A DNA stretch of 64,000 bases from Pseudomonadota bacterium. GTDB lineage: Bacteria; Chloroflexota; UBA6077; JAJPGT01. Location: contig JAJPGT010000054.1 of assembly GCA_021325655.1 (NCBI GenBank), forward strand, positions 16,124 to 80,123, read 5' to 3'. Below are positions 55,901 to 64,000 of the stretch, piece by piece (position 1 is the first letter of the stretch; the number at the start of each line of letters is the position of its first letter). The position numbers and the translations under genes were made by a program. Under the pieces are notes generated by a model. The model was not told the DNA's origin, searched no databases, and was given only the letters and a program-made list of their open reading frames with translations.

Positions 55901-57772
55901 GAAGCCTCGCAGCTCCCGCCCGCCGAGGCGATCCCCGCCATCCTACGCGCCCGGCAGGTCATCGTCGCCGGCGACGACAAACAGCTCCCGCCAACCTCGT
56001 TCTTCTCGTCGGCGCTCTTCGCCGACGACGAAGCAGACGACGAGGCGGAGGATACTGCTCCGTTGGAGTCGCTTCTGCACGAGTGCCAGGCCGTGGCTCC
56101 GTTCTTCCAGCCGACCTCGCTGCGCTGGCACTACCGCTCCCGCGACGAGCGGCTGATCGCGTTCTCGAACCACACCTTCTACGAAGGGTCGCTCATTACA
56201 TTTCCCTCGCCCAGCAGCCCGCCGGATCGAGGGGTGCAGCTCCGCTACGTGAGCAACGGCGTGTGGGATCGTGGCAAGAGCCGCACGAACCGCGCCGAGG
56301 CGCGCGTGGTAGCCGATCTCGTAGTGCAGCACTTGGACGAGCACCCGGACCGGACAATCGGGGTAGCAACCCTCAACGTCAGCCAGAAGGAGGCCGTCGA
56401 GGACGCGCTGGAAGAGGTGCTGCTCGACCGCGCCGATCTGCGTGCCCGGCTCTATGACGAAAAAGAGGCCGAGCCGTTCTTTGTCAAGAGCCTGGAGAAT
56501 GTCCAGGGCGATGAGCGCGATACGATTATCATCAGCACTGGGTATGGTCCGGATCCAAGCGGAATCATCAGCCTCAACTTCGGACCGCTCAACCAGGACG
56601 GTGGTTGGCGGCGACTCAACGTGCTCGTCACCCGCGCCCGGTATCTGACCATCCTGGTCACCAGCCTCCGCAGCGCCGATCTGCGCGCCGTCTCGCCCGA
56701 TAACCGCGGTGCGACCGCCCTCCGACAGTTCATCGAGTACGTAGAGCGTGGAGACCGCCTCACGCCTGAAGCTGCGCGCCTTACCGGCGCGGAGACGAAC
56801 GACTTTGAAGACGCAATCGCCCAGGGCCTGCGCGCCCGCGGTCTGCAGGTGGACGAGCAGGTAGGCGCCTCCAACTTCCGCATCGACTTGGCGATCCGCG
56901 ACCCGCGTGATCCAGACCGGTACCTGCTCGGCGTCGAGTGCGATGGAGCCACCTACCACAGCTCCCGCACTGCGCGCGATCGGGACGTGCTGCGCGCCGA
57001 GATGCTCCGCAAGATGGGTTGGCGGCTGCATCGCATCTGGTCGGTCGACTGGTTCCGCAATCCAGAGCAGGAACTCGATGCTGCGGTGCGGGCTGTCCAA
57101 CGGGCGATGGCGCCTGCTGCTCCAGAGGCCGGCGTACCCGCGCCGCCAGTCTATAGCCCACCAGTATCCCCGCCACCTACCGTTTCTCGCCCGGCCGTCG
57201 CCCCGCCGACGGCTAGTACGTTCCCCGCGGGCGTTCCCTATCGCGAGGCCTCGCGCTTCCATCCCAACCGTGACCTTCTGCTAGCTGATTGGAACGAGCA
57301 GGCGCTGGCCGATGAGATTGCACGCGTGGTCGCCGAAGAGGGGCCCATCCATGTCGAGCTCGCACTACGGCGCGTGCGAGAGCTGAACGGCGTCGGGCGA
57401 GCGGGCAAGCATGTGCGGGCCAATTTCGAGCGAGCGCTCAAGGTAGCAGTGCGACGCAAAGGGCTGCGCCGGGACCAGTCTGGATTCCTCTGGGCGCGGA
57501 ACCAGACGCTCACCCGATTCCGATCCGCTAGCTCCGAAGATGAACCGCGCGCCATCGAGCACATCCCGGTAGAGGAGATCCGCCTGGCTGTGCTGCACGT
57601 CGTGGAGAGCCAGTTCGGGCTTCCGCGCGAGGACCTGGTGCGTCAAGCAGCTTCCGAACTAGGCTTCCAGCGAACGAGTACAGACATCGCTAAAGCGGTC
57701 GGCACAGTAGTAGATGAGCTCATCCGGAAGGGCGAGCTGCGCCGGAGTGGGTTCCAGATAAGGCTGCCATGA
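52937..57772 (+). CDS. 1611-aa Upf1-like SF1 helicase with a DUF4011-type N-terminus, a restriction-endonuclease-fold (DUF559/Vsr-like) domain and a DUF3320-type C-terminus
   Basis: N-terminal LVDLTGRNPLLGIN. Helicase motifs: LLIYGPPGTGKSQTI (I), VVFDEASQLPP (II), VIVAGDDKQLPP, WHYRSRDERLIAFSN, ENVQGDERDTIIIS and RRLNVLVTRAR. The REase-like block reads FRIDLAI...YLLGVECDGATYHSSRTARDRDVLRAEMLRKMGWRLHRIWSVDWF. The C-terminal block reads EGPIHVELALRRVRELNGVGRAG. Confidence 0.9.
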   Translation: MDTQLPSIFASMDTVDDIRSQINTRAPVGTSATTDRERIQGKLQVWRERLVDLTGRNPLLGINRSRTSKLRISAPEVGELFDSLVVHEMTLRLPLVRRRPAADKGALPLEAGEDGAAERNARDLEVSQWVVQEGDIRFDAEAPELRRRLRRIRDNARATVEERGVTTLHLTIGAVCWDDAQLGPSVAPLWLIPCELESDGPDEPLRLRASDEDPQLNPALAIYLRERHGKQLPSLPEEPAAGVVGELLQQAQCALGDDFQVSDESWLSTFSFETLTMYQDLDTLAEEAVGHDVIRAFCNVSVRQDPGASERLGDDLDAPELAPVLPIPVLPADSSQLEALGYARQGRHLLIYGPPGTGKSQTITNLIADSLGQGKTVLFVSAKKAALDVVHDRLSKLGFGRFCLEAHSTKAGKRRVIDELRRALDAAGQMNGADDGAALARHVELRARLNEAVRELHRRRDPLGRSVYEGLGQFARYQQLPALWASLPWPDPTTVDGDSFQKALDLLGDLQAEASTFAERETHPWRGCIVEDAGYATTQTLLDALQTVRVAATSALDASKSLAPFVGMLDQRSFADLEQGADAFRALVKATWLPPGWTTATVAELEAAAGKLGAAAEQVRSLADLRSAFAAQTDGADPVGAREVLAPALDRFAAWYKRVLPSYLFWKREVRERVRPKTEDYRALAELARLAGRIAEAEAALEAQRPALTPLLHDAAGPWPDVRSLDEAAAAFQHAATIRQGRARLGSNEPNGETVDVDELARAAAERVLAQLPSANANLVDALDRLRAAWGGAFVAKAAPLDVPLASLIARCSEVEAAPKRLTQWVTLRQALDRCEEAGLGPFIAALQPHGSGQAVDLFLRLFWLLWVDAHIAKTPVLTQFSGQKRGAVVQEFAALDEQLRKLAISAAIDGAARRAAQISQTSFANRSSQLGILQRELQKKRPRPLRKLFTAIPQVLQAIKPCMLMSPVSVSTYLAPGAIKFDTVVFDEASQLPPAEAIPAILRARQVIVAGDDKQLPPTSFFSSALFADDEADDEAEDTAPLESLLHECQAVAPFFQPTSLRWHYRSRDERLIAFSNHTFYEGSLITFPSPSSPPDRGVQLRYVSNGVWDRGKSRTNRAEARVVADLVVQHLDEHPDRTIGVATLNVSQKEAVEDALEEVLLDRADLRARLYDEKEAEPFFVKSLENVQGDERDTIIISTGYGPDPSGIISLNFGPLNQDGGWRRLNVLVTRARYLTILVTSLRSADLRAVSPDNRGATALRQFIEYVERGDRLTPEAARLTGAETNDFEDAIAQGLRARGLQVDEQVGASNFRIDLAIRDPRDPDRYLLGVECDGATYHSSRTARDRDVLRAEMLRKMGWRLHRIWSVDWFRNPEQELDAAVRAVQRAMAPAAPEAGVPAPPVYSPPVSPPPTVSRPAVAPPTASTFPAGVPYREASRFHPNRDLLLADWNEQALADEIARVVAEEGPIHVELALRRVRELNGVGRAGKHVRANFERALKVAVRRKGLRRDQSGFLWARNQTLTRFRSASSEDEPRAIEHIPVEEIRLAVLHVVESQFGLPREDLVRQAASELGFQRTSTDIAKAVGTVVDELIRKGELRRSGFQIRLP

Positions 57773-58069
57773 GCGGCATCCAGGAGCCAGCGAACCGCGC
57801 ATCTCGTCTGCTCGGGCACGTTGGTACTGTTGTGATGGGGATCCCCGCTTTGAAACAGGAGCCAGGTCCGAGCAGCAAAACCGCCTACGCGAGCGGGATT
57901 CAGACGAAGCTCAGCAGCGGGTGGCAGGACCGATCCGTTTCAGCAGTGACCTTCGGGACCGCAGCAGCCCGGGCTCGTTGACCCGCTGAATAATCTCTCG
58001 CAGCGCCGGCGGGGTGCTTGTGTCGCTCCGCGGCCGGCGCTACCCTGGTGGCAGATGGAGGTGAGGACG

Positions 58070-59776
58070 ATGACCTCTGTGCTGCCCAGCTATGTTCATG
58101 GCGCTTCGGAGACTCCGCTCATCGGGGAGACGATTGGCCAGGCGTTCCGCAAGACGGTGGAGCGGTACGGCGACAATGAGGCGCTGGTGTCGCGCCACCA
58201 GGGGCTGCGCTACACCTACGCGCAGCTCGCGGAGCTGGTGGACCGCGCCGCGCGCGGCCTGCTGGCGCTGGGGATCGAGAAGGGCGACCGCGTCGGGATC
58301 TGGTCGCCGAACAATGCCGAGTGGGTGGTTACCCAGTTCGCGACCGCCCGGATGGGCGCGATCCTGGTGAACATCAACCCGGCCTATCGGCAGCACGAGC
58401 TGGAGTACGCGCTGCAACAGTCCGGGGTGAAGCTGCTCATCACCGCACCCGGCTTCCGAACCCATGACTACCGTGCCACCATCGCCAGCATCGTCCCGGA
58501 GCTGGAGCGCAGCCGCCGGGGTGCGCTCCAGGCCCAGCGGCTGCCGGAGCTGCGCGGGGTGGTGCTGCTGGGCGGCGAGAGCGCGCCGGGGATGATGGCC
58601 TGGGACGAGCTGCTGGAGCGGGCGAGCGCGGTGCGGCAGGAGGAGCTGGAGGCGCGCACCGCGCACCTGCAGTTCGACGACCCGATCAACATCCAGTACA
58701 CCTCCGGCACCACGGGCTATCCGAAGGGCGCCACGCTCAGCCACCACAACATCCTGAACAACGGGTTCTTCATTGGGGAGTGGATGCGGCTGACCCCCAA
58801 GGATCGGCTCTGCATCCCGGTGCCGCTGTACCATTGCTTCGGGATGGTGCTCGGCAATCTCGCCTGCGTCACCCATGGCTCGACGATGGTCTACCCGGCG
58901 GAGTCGTTCGACGCGCTGTCGGTGCTCCAGACAGTGCAGGAGGAGCGCTGCACCGCGCTGCACGGAGTGCCGACGATGTTCATCGCCGAGCTGGGCCACC
59001 CGGACTTCGCCAGGTTCGACCTGTCCACGCTGCGCACCGGGATCATGGCCGGCTCGCCCTGCCCGGTCGAGGTGATGAAGCAGGTCAACACCAAGATGCA
59101 CATGACCGAGGTGACGATCTGCTACGGGATGACCGAGACCTCCCCGGTCAGCTTCCAGACCCGCCCGGACGACGACACCGAGCGGCGGGTCTCCACGGTG
59201 GGGGCGGTCCACCCGCACGTGGAGGCGAAGGTGGTGGACCCGGCCACGGGCGAGGTGGTGCCGCGCGGGACGCCGGGAGAGCTGCTCACCCGCGGCTACC
59301 TGGTGATGCTCGGCTACTGGGGCAACGAGGCGGCGACGCGCGAGGCGATCGACCGCGCCCGCTGGATGCACACCGGCGACATGGCGGTGATGCGCGAGGA
59401 CGGCTACCTGAACATCGTCGGCCGTATCAAGGACATGATCATCCGCGGCGGGGAGAACGTGTACCCGCGCGAGGTGGAGGAGTTCCTGTACACCCACCCG
59501 AAGATCGCCGACGTGCAGGTGATCGGGGTGCCGGATCCGAAGTACGGCGAAGAAGTAATGGCCTGGGTGCGGCTGAAGGAGGGCGAGACGGCGACGGAGG
59601 AGGAGATCCGCGACTTCTGCCGTGGGAAAATCGCCAGCTACAAGATCCCACGCTACGTGAAGTTCGTGGACAGCTTCCCGATGACGGTGACCGGAAAGAT
59701 CCAGAAGTTCAAGATGCGGGAGCAGTCGATCCAGGAGCTGGGGCTGGAGCAGGCGGCGCGCATGGCCACCGCGTAG
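58070..59776 (+). CDS. AMP-dependent acyl-CoA synthetase/ligase
   Basis: [20 protein letters not shown] (AMP-binding motif), [45 protein letters not shown] and GKIQKF. The start is ATG 58070 after GGAGGTGAGG; the track start 58055 lies inside the RBS. Confidence 0.9.
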   Translation: MTSVLPSYVHGASETPLIGETIGQAFRKTVERYGDNEALVSRHQGLRYTYAQLAELVDRAARGLLALGIEKGDRVGIWSPNNAEWVVTQFATARMGAILVNINPAYRQHELEYALQQSGVKLLITAPGFRTHDYRATIASIVPELERSRRGALQAQRLPELRGVVLLGGESAPGMMAWDELLERASAVRQEELEARTAHLQFDDPINIQYTSGTTGYPKGATLSHHNILNNGFFIGEWMRLTPKDRLCIPVPLYHCFGMVLGNLACVTHGSTMVYPAESFDALSVLQTVQEERCTALHGVPTMFIAELGHPDFARFDLSTLRTGIMAGSPCPVEVMKQVNTKMHMTEVTICYGMTETSPVSFQTRPDDDTERRVSTVGAVHPHVEAKVVDPATGEVVPRGTPGELLTRGYLVMLGYWGNEAATREAIDRARWMHTGDMAVMREDGYLNIVGRIKDMIIRGGENVYPREVEEFLYTHPKIADVQVIGVPDPKYGEEVMAWVRLKEGETATEEEIRDFCRGKIASYKIPRYVKFVDSFPMTVTGKIQKFKMREQSIQELGLEQAARMATA

Positions 59777-59827
59777 CGCAGTGGCCCCCTCGCCCTTCCG
59801 TGCTCTCCGCGGGGCGGGGGGGCCGCG

Positions 59828-60277
59828 TTACTCGGCGCGCTCCACCTGGACGCGCTTGACGCCCTCGCGCCGAATCCGCCGGCACACCTGGTAGAAGGCG
59901 GTCGCGTCGCCCAGGATGCGCCCAAAGATGGTCATCTGGACCGGCCCGTCCGGCATGCTCGGCACCGCATCACGGTCGTAGAACCAGGCGATCTCCGAGA
60001 GGTCGTCGGGGAAGCCGAAACGCTCTCCGCCCTTCTGGAACCAGTAGCCGACGTCGCCCACCGCGACCCGCGCGGTGGCGTTCTCCGGCGGGAGGGCGAT
60101 CTCGCTCGGGATCAGCAGGACGATCTCGCTGCCGGAGTAGATCGCGTGCTGCGCCTCGCCGGCGAGTGGAAGCGCTTCCCAGATCGCGCGGCAGGTGCGC
60201 GGCGCCGCCTCATCCAGCAGCTCCACCAGCGCGGAGACGCCGTCGTCGACGAAGGTGAGCCGAATCTGGCGGGCCAT
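59828..60277 (-). CDS. DUF3830 (cyclophilin-like fold) family protein
   Basis: MARQIRLTFVDDGVSALVELLDEAAPRTCRAIWEALPLAGEAQHAIYSGSEI follows the DUF3830 pattern. GGAGGG lies 9 nt upstream of ATG 60277. Confidence 0.7.
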   Translation of the reverse strand: MARQIRLTFVDDGVSALVELLDEAAPRTCRAIWEALPLAGEAQHAIYSGSEIVLLIPSEIALPPENATARVAVGDVGYWFQKGGERFGFPDDLSEIAWFYDRDAVPSMPDGPVQMTIFGRILGDATAFYQVCRRIRREGVKRVQVERAE

Positions 60278-60299
60278 CGATGCTGCCCTCCGAGCGAGG

Positions 60300-60971
60300 T
60301 TAGGACTCCAGCCGCCGCGCCACGTCCTGCGCCGCGTCGTCCAGGTGGGCGCGCACGACCTGCGCGATCCGGTGCGGGTCGGCGGAGGCGATCGCGTCCA
60401 CGATGTGCTGGTGGCGCTCCGGGTAGTCGCGGTGCTGGGTGATCGGCAGGCCGGCGACGTGGTAGAGCAGGCGGATGCGGTCGATGAGCCCGCGATGGGT
60501 CCGGGCGAGCAGGCTGTTGCCGCTCAGCTCGCACAGGCGGGCGTGGAACTGGAGGTCCAGTTCGACCAGATCGCGGGCCTCCCCCGCGGCCCGCGCCGCC
60601 GCCATCGCGTCGACCAGCGCTTGCAGCTCGGCCAGGGAGCCACCACGGGCGGCGAGCTGTTCGGCAGCGTAGGATTCGAGCGCGGCGCGCAGGCCGTACA
60701 GCTCCTGAGCGTCGCGCCGGGTGAGCCGGGCCACCATCGCCCCACGGTGGGGGACGGCGACGACGAGGCCCTCCTGCTCGAGCTGGCGCAGCGCCTCTCG
60801 AAAGGGGGAGCGGCTGACACCGAGCTGGCGGCAGAACTCCTCCTCGTTGAGCCACTCGCCGGCCTTGACCCGCCCCTCCAGAATCGCCGCGCGGATGGCG
60901 GCGACGACCTGGTCGCGCAGAAGGTTCGGCCGGGCGGGAGTGAGCACCAGGGGTTGCTTGCCGTCTTCCAC
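60300..60971 (-). CDS. GntR/FadR family transcriptional regulator
   Basis: LNEEEFCRQLGVSRSPFREALRQLEQEGLVV is a wHTH, and an FCD-type helical domain follows. I moved the start to GTG 60971; the track TTG 61004 sits inside the palindrome TTGTATACAA. Confidence 0.8.
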   Translation of the reverse strand: MEDGKQPLVLTPARPNLLRDQVVAAIRAAILEGRVKAGEWLNEEEFCRQLGVSRSPFREALRQLEQEGLVVAVPHRGAMVARLTRRDAQELYGLRAALESYAAEQLAARGGSLAELQALVDAMAAARAAGEARDLVELDLQFHARLCELSGNSLLARTHRGLIDRIRLLYHVAGLPITQHRDYPERHQHIVDAIASADPHRIAQVVRAHLDDAAQDVARRLES

Positions 60972-60994
60972 GGGCGCCTCGCGTATTGCGGGTA

Positions 60995-61004
60995 TTGTAT
61001 ACAA
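60995..61004. promoter_or_regulatory. perfect 10-bp palindrome TTGTATACAA, GntR-type operator candidate
   Basis: Lies in an AT-rich patch (ggtaTTGTATACAAgatgtaatctat) between the divergent GntR gene and the peptide-type ABC permease genes. It fits the GntR-family t.GT...AC.a consensus. Confidence 0.4.
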
Positions 61005-61087
61005 GATGTAATCTATCGTCTACAGCCCGAACGGCGAGCGCGGAGCGGCGGGCGCCGCCTCAGGGCTCCTACACCGGGACACCGAGC

Positions 61088-62035
61088 GTGCAGCGGTATC
61101 TGGTCCGGCGGCTGCTCTCTATCCCGCCTGCGCTGGTCGGGGTATCCATCCTCGTCTTCCTGCTGCTGCGCCTCATCCCCGGCGACGTCGTGGATCAGAT
61201 GCTCGGGGCGCAGAACACCATCACCGAGGCGCAGCGCCAGAGCCTGCGCGCCTTCTTCGGGCTGGACCGGCCGCTGTACGTCCAGTACTGGGACTGGGCA
61301 CGCCGGGTGCTGGTCGGCGACCTGGGCGCCTCCTTCCGCACCTCCACCCCGGTCCTAGAGCTGATCCTGTCCCGCCTGCCCGTCACCGCGGAGCTGACCC
61401 TGCTGAGCATGCTGGCCGGGCTGGCGATCGGGATTCCGACTGGGGTGATCGCGGCAGCCTACCGCGCTACCCGCGTCGACGCCGCCGCCCGCGTCGTCTC
61501 CCTGCTCGGGCTATCGATCCCCGAGTTCTGGCAGGGGACGATGCTGCTGCTGCTCACCTCGCTCGCCTTCCGCTGGGTGCCGCCGGCCTACGTCCCACCC
61601 TGGCAGGACCCGCTCAGCAACCTGCTGACGATGCTCCTGCCGGCGCTCTCGCTGGGGACGGTGCTGGCCTCGAACGTGACCCGCATGACCCGCTCGGCGA
61701 TGCTCGACGTGCTCAACCGCGACTACATCCGTACCGCCCGGGCCAAGGGGCTGGCGGAGCGGAGCGTGGTGCTGCGCCACGCTTTCAAGAACGCGCTCAT
61801 CCCGGTCGTCACCGTCAGTGGGCTCCAGGTCGGCTACCTGCTGGGCGGGGCGCTCATCGTGGAGGAGGTGTTCACCCTGCCGGGCATTGGCCGGCTGCTG
61901 CTCTGGGGCATCTACGGCCGCGACTACCCGGTGGTCCAGGGCACGGTGCTGTTCGTGGCGGTAGCGTTCATCTTCGTCAACGTCGTCGTCGACCTGCTGT
62001 ACGCGGCGCTCGACCCGCGCATCAAGTATGGCTGA
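61088..62035 (+). CDS. ABC transporter permease (DppB/OppB-like)
   Basis: VQRYLVRRLLSIPPALVGVSILVFLLLRLIPGD is the canonical family N-terminus, and the EAA loop reads RDYIRTARAKGLAERSVVLRHAFKNALIP. GTG 61088 is chosen as the start. Confidence 0.85.
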   Translation: MQRYLVRRLLSIPPALVGVSILVFLLLRLIPGDVVDQMLGAQNTITEAQRQSLRAFFGLDRPLYVQYWDWARRVLVGDLGASFRTSTPVLELILSRLPVTAELTLLSMLAGLAIGIPTGVIAAAYRATRVDAAARVVSLLGLSIPEFWQGTMLLLLTSLAFRWVPPAYVPPWQDPLSNLLTMLLPALSLGTVLASNVTRMTRSAMLDVLNRDYIRTARAKGLAERSVVLRHAFKNALIPVVTVSGLQVGYLLGGALIVEEVFTLPGIGRLLLWGIYGRDYPVVQGTVLFVAVAFIFVNVVVDLLYAALDPRIKYG

Positions 62036-62960
62036 GAGCCGGACGCTCCCCCCGGTCGTCGCAGCTCCGGCGCCGCCCGCGCCGGGGCTGCGTGAGCGCC
62101 AGCCGCCGCGCTGGCCGCGGCTGCTGCTGGCCAACCGGCTGGTGCTGTTCGGGCTGCTGCTGGCGCTGCTGCTGGTGCTGCTGGCGCTGCTGGCCGACGT
62201 CGTGTCGCCCCACGACCCGATCGCGCTGGACGTGCGCCACCGCCAGGAGGCGCCCAGCGCGCTGCACCCCTTCGGGACGGACCGCCTCGGCCGCGACATC
62301 CTCAGCCGGGTGATCCACGGCGCGCGCAATTCGCTCCGCGTCGCGGCGGTCTCCGTCGCCGCGGCGCTGCTCCTCGGCAGCGCCCTCGGGCTCGTCTCAG
62401 GTTACTTCGGCGGGCTGGTGGACCTGGCGATCGGCCGGGTCATGGACATCTTCTTCAGCTTCCCGGTGCTGCTGCTCGCGATCGCGATCGCCGCAATGCT
62501 CGGCCCGGGGGTGGGCAACGCCTCACTGGCGATCGCGATCGTCTACACCCCCCTGTTCGCCCGGGTGGTACGCGGGCCGGTGATTGCGGAGCGCCACCGC
62601 GACTACGTGGAGGCAGCGCGCGTGCTGGGCGCCTCGCACCCACGGGTCATCGTCCGTCACATCCTGCCCAACGTCGTCTCACCCATGATCGTCCAAGCCT
62701 CCGCCAGCCTCTCCCACGCGATCCTGATCGAGGCGGCGCTGAGCTACATCGGGCTGGGCACCCAGCCGCCCGCCCCTTCCTGGGGGACGATGCTGAGCGA
62801 GGGCCGGACGTTCCTGGAGACTGCTCCCTGGATGTCGATCTTCCCGGGCGCCGCGATCGCGCTGGCGGTGCTCGCGTTCAACCTGCTGGGGGACGGCATC
62901 CGCGACCTGCTCGACCCGACGCTGCGCGGACACGGGCTGCCTGGCGTCGCCCAGCGCTAG
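62028..62960 (+). CDS. ABC transporter permease (DppC/OppC-like)
   Basis: PFGTDRLGRDILSRVIHGAR and the EAA loop RDYVEAARVLGASHPRVIVRHILPN. The gene overlaps the upstream gene by 8 nt. Confidence 0.9.
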   Translation: MAESRTLPPVVAAPAPPAPGLRERQPPRWPRLLLANRLVLFGLLLALLLVLLALLADVVSPHDPIALDVRHRQEAPSALHPFGTDRLGRDILSRVIHGARNSLRVAAVSVAAALLLGSALGLVSGYFGGLVDLAIGRVMDIFFSFPVLLLAIAIAAMLGPGVGNASLAIAIVYTPLFARVVRGPVIAERHRDYVEAARVLGASHPRVIVRHILPNVVSPMIVQASASLSHAILIEAALSYIGLGTQPPAPSWGTMLSEGRTFLETAPWMSIFPGAAIALAVLAFNLLGDGIRDLLDPTLRGHGLPGVAQR

Positions 62961-63101
62961 TACTCGGGTACCCGTGCATTACCCAGCAGAACACCGGTCA
63001 CAAGGCGCTAGCCGGTGCGAAAGGAGGGAGAGGCGAGGTCGGAGAGCTGACGGAGCCCGCGCGACTGTTCGGAGGACGCTGTGGCTGAGGAGGAGAAGAA
63101 G

Positions 63102-64000
63102 ATGCTCCAGGACAGGAAGCTGACCCGGCGCCAGGCCCTCAAGGGGCTGGCCGGGCTCGCCGTCTCGATCCCCCTATCGTTCGCGCTCACCGTCCCGGCT
63201 GGCGCCGCGGCGCCGCTGCCCGCGCCACGGGCCGCGCCGGCGTTCATTCCCCGCCGGGCCGGCGCCGGGGTCGTCATCGACGCCCGCACCACCGAAGCCG
63301 CCGGGCTGGATCCGCATAACGTCCCGGCGCTCGCCAACTTCCGCATCACCCACCTGCTGTACGACCGGCTGGTCTGGCTGGACCGCGACCTGGTGGTCCA
63401 GCCCCGGCTGGCGGATAGCTGGGAGATTCCGAACCTCACCACCTACATCTTCCACCTGCACCCGGGCGTCAAGTTCCACGACGGGACGGAGCTGACCGCC
63501 GAGGATGTGAAGGCGACCGTGGAGCGCGTCCTGGACGAGAAGACCGGCTCGCAGGTGCGCGGCGACCTGCTCCCGGTCGACAGCGTCGAGGTGGTGGACA
63601 AGTACATCGCCAAGTTCAACCTCAAGACCCCCTATTCCGGGCTGCTGGCGGCGCTGTTCAACGTCGCCATCACCCCCAAGTCGGTCAACAGCCAGCCGCT
63701 CGACTTCCTGAAGAGCAAGGAGATCGGGACCGGCCCCTGGATGCTCGACTCCTGGACCCCGGATGTCGAGATGAAGCTGGTGCGCAACCCGAACTACTGG
63801 CGCCCCGGGGTGCCGAAGCTGGACGGGATCACTATCCGGGTCATGCCGGACGAGTCGTCGATCATCGCGGCGCTGCGCTCCGGCGACGTCCACCACGCGG
63901 TGCTGGAGGACAACAAGAACTACGCGCTGGTGAAGGACGACCCGAACCTCCAGACCTGGCGCACCCCGGCGCTGGGGACGAACGTCATCAACATCAACCA
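63102..64000 (+). CDS. ABC transporter substrate-binding protein (family 5, peptide/nickel type), Tat signal; 3' end off the window
   Basis: Not in the track because no stop lies in the window. Manual translation from ATG 63102 (after GAGGAGGAG) gives MLQDRKLTRRQALKGLAGLAVS...LVWLDRDLVVQPRLADSWEIPNLTTYIFHLHPGVKFHDGTELTAEDVKATVERV...WMLDSWTPDVEMKLVRNPNYW. Confidence 0.85.
   Translation, partial: MLQDRKLTRRQALKGLAGLAVSIPLSFALTVPAGAAAPLPAPRAAPAFIPRRAGAGVVIDARTTEAAGLDPHNVPALANFRITHLLYDRLVWLDRDLVVQPRLADSWEIPNLTTYIFHLHPGVKFHDGTELTAEDVKATVERVLDEKTGSQVRGDLLPVDSVEVVDKYIAKFNLKTPYSGLLAALFNVAITPKSVNSQPLDFLKSKEIGTGPWMLDSWTPDVEMKLVRNPNYWRPGVPKLDGITIRVMPDESSIIAALRSGDVHHAVLEDNKNYALVKDDPNLQTWRTPALGTNVININ

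Overview
High-GC (about 70% by eye) bacterial chromosomal segment, gene-dense on both strands, with strong GGAGG-type ribosome-binding sites and frequent 4-nt start/stop overlaps. The protein content suggests Actinomycetota or Thermomicrobia-like Chloroflexota: two F420-type LLM oxidoreductases, an MshD-like tandem GNAT, and an ATPase-less CUT1-type sugar ABC operon with a Tat-signal binding protein. I cannot resolve the taxon without a database search. I support about 50 protein-coding genes. Most are housekeeping or metabolic: aconitase, PEP carboxylase, a glutamine-synthetase family enzyme, PlsX, a DinG-like helicase, an acyl-CoA synthetase, two ABC uptake loci, a NarL-type two-component pair, and Fur and GntR regulators. 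There is also one decayed IS5-family element, one DksA/TraR-type pseudogene, and several GC-rich hairpins, operator-like palindromes and a heptamer repeat. I saw no rRNA, tRNA or CRISPR array. Many long ORFs in the six-frame track are antisense or alternate-frame artefacts of the GC content, and several track ORFs carry spurious N-terminal extensions that I trimmed using RBS and overlap logic. Observations most worth a second look: (1) a glutaredoxin-PDZ fusion gene has an in-frame TGA exactly at the first Cys of its CxxC motif, followed by a SECIS-like hairpin, making it a candidate selenoprotein; (2) an M50 site-2-protease-type membrane protein is fused to two cNMP-binding domains and preceded by a small Cys-rich zinc-ribbon ORF; (3) a PQQ alcohol-dehydrogenase propeller is fused to an amicyanin-like cupredoxin domain; (4) a 1611-aa SF1 helicase / restriction-endonuclease-fold / DUF3320-type single-gene locus has visibly lower GC than its surroundings; (5) a 10-kb GntR-headed catabolic operon contains a 664-aa protein of unknown function and tandem, partly gene-converted permease paralogs. 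All homology calls come from motif recognition by eye, not from searches.
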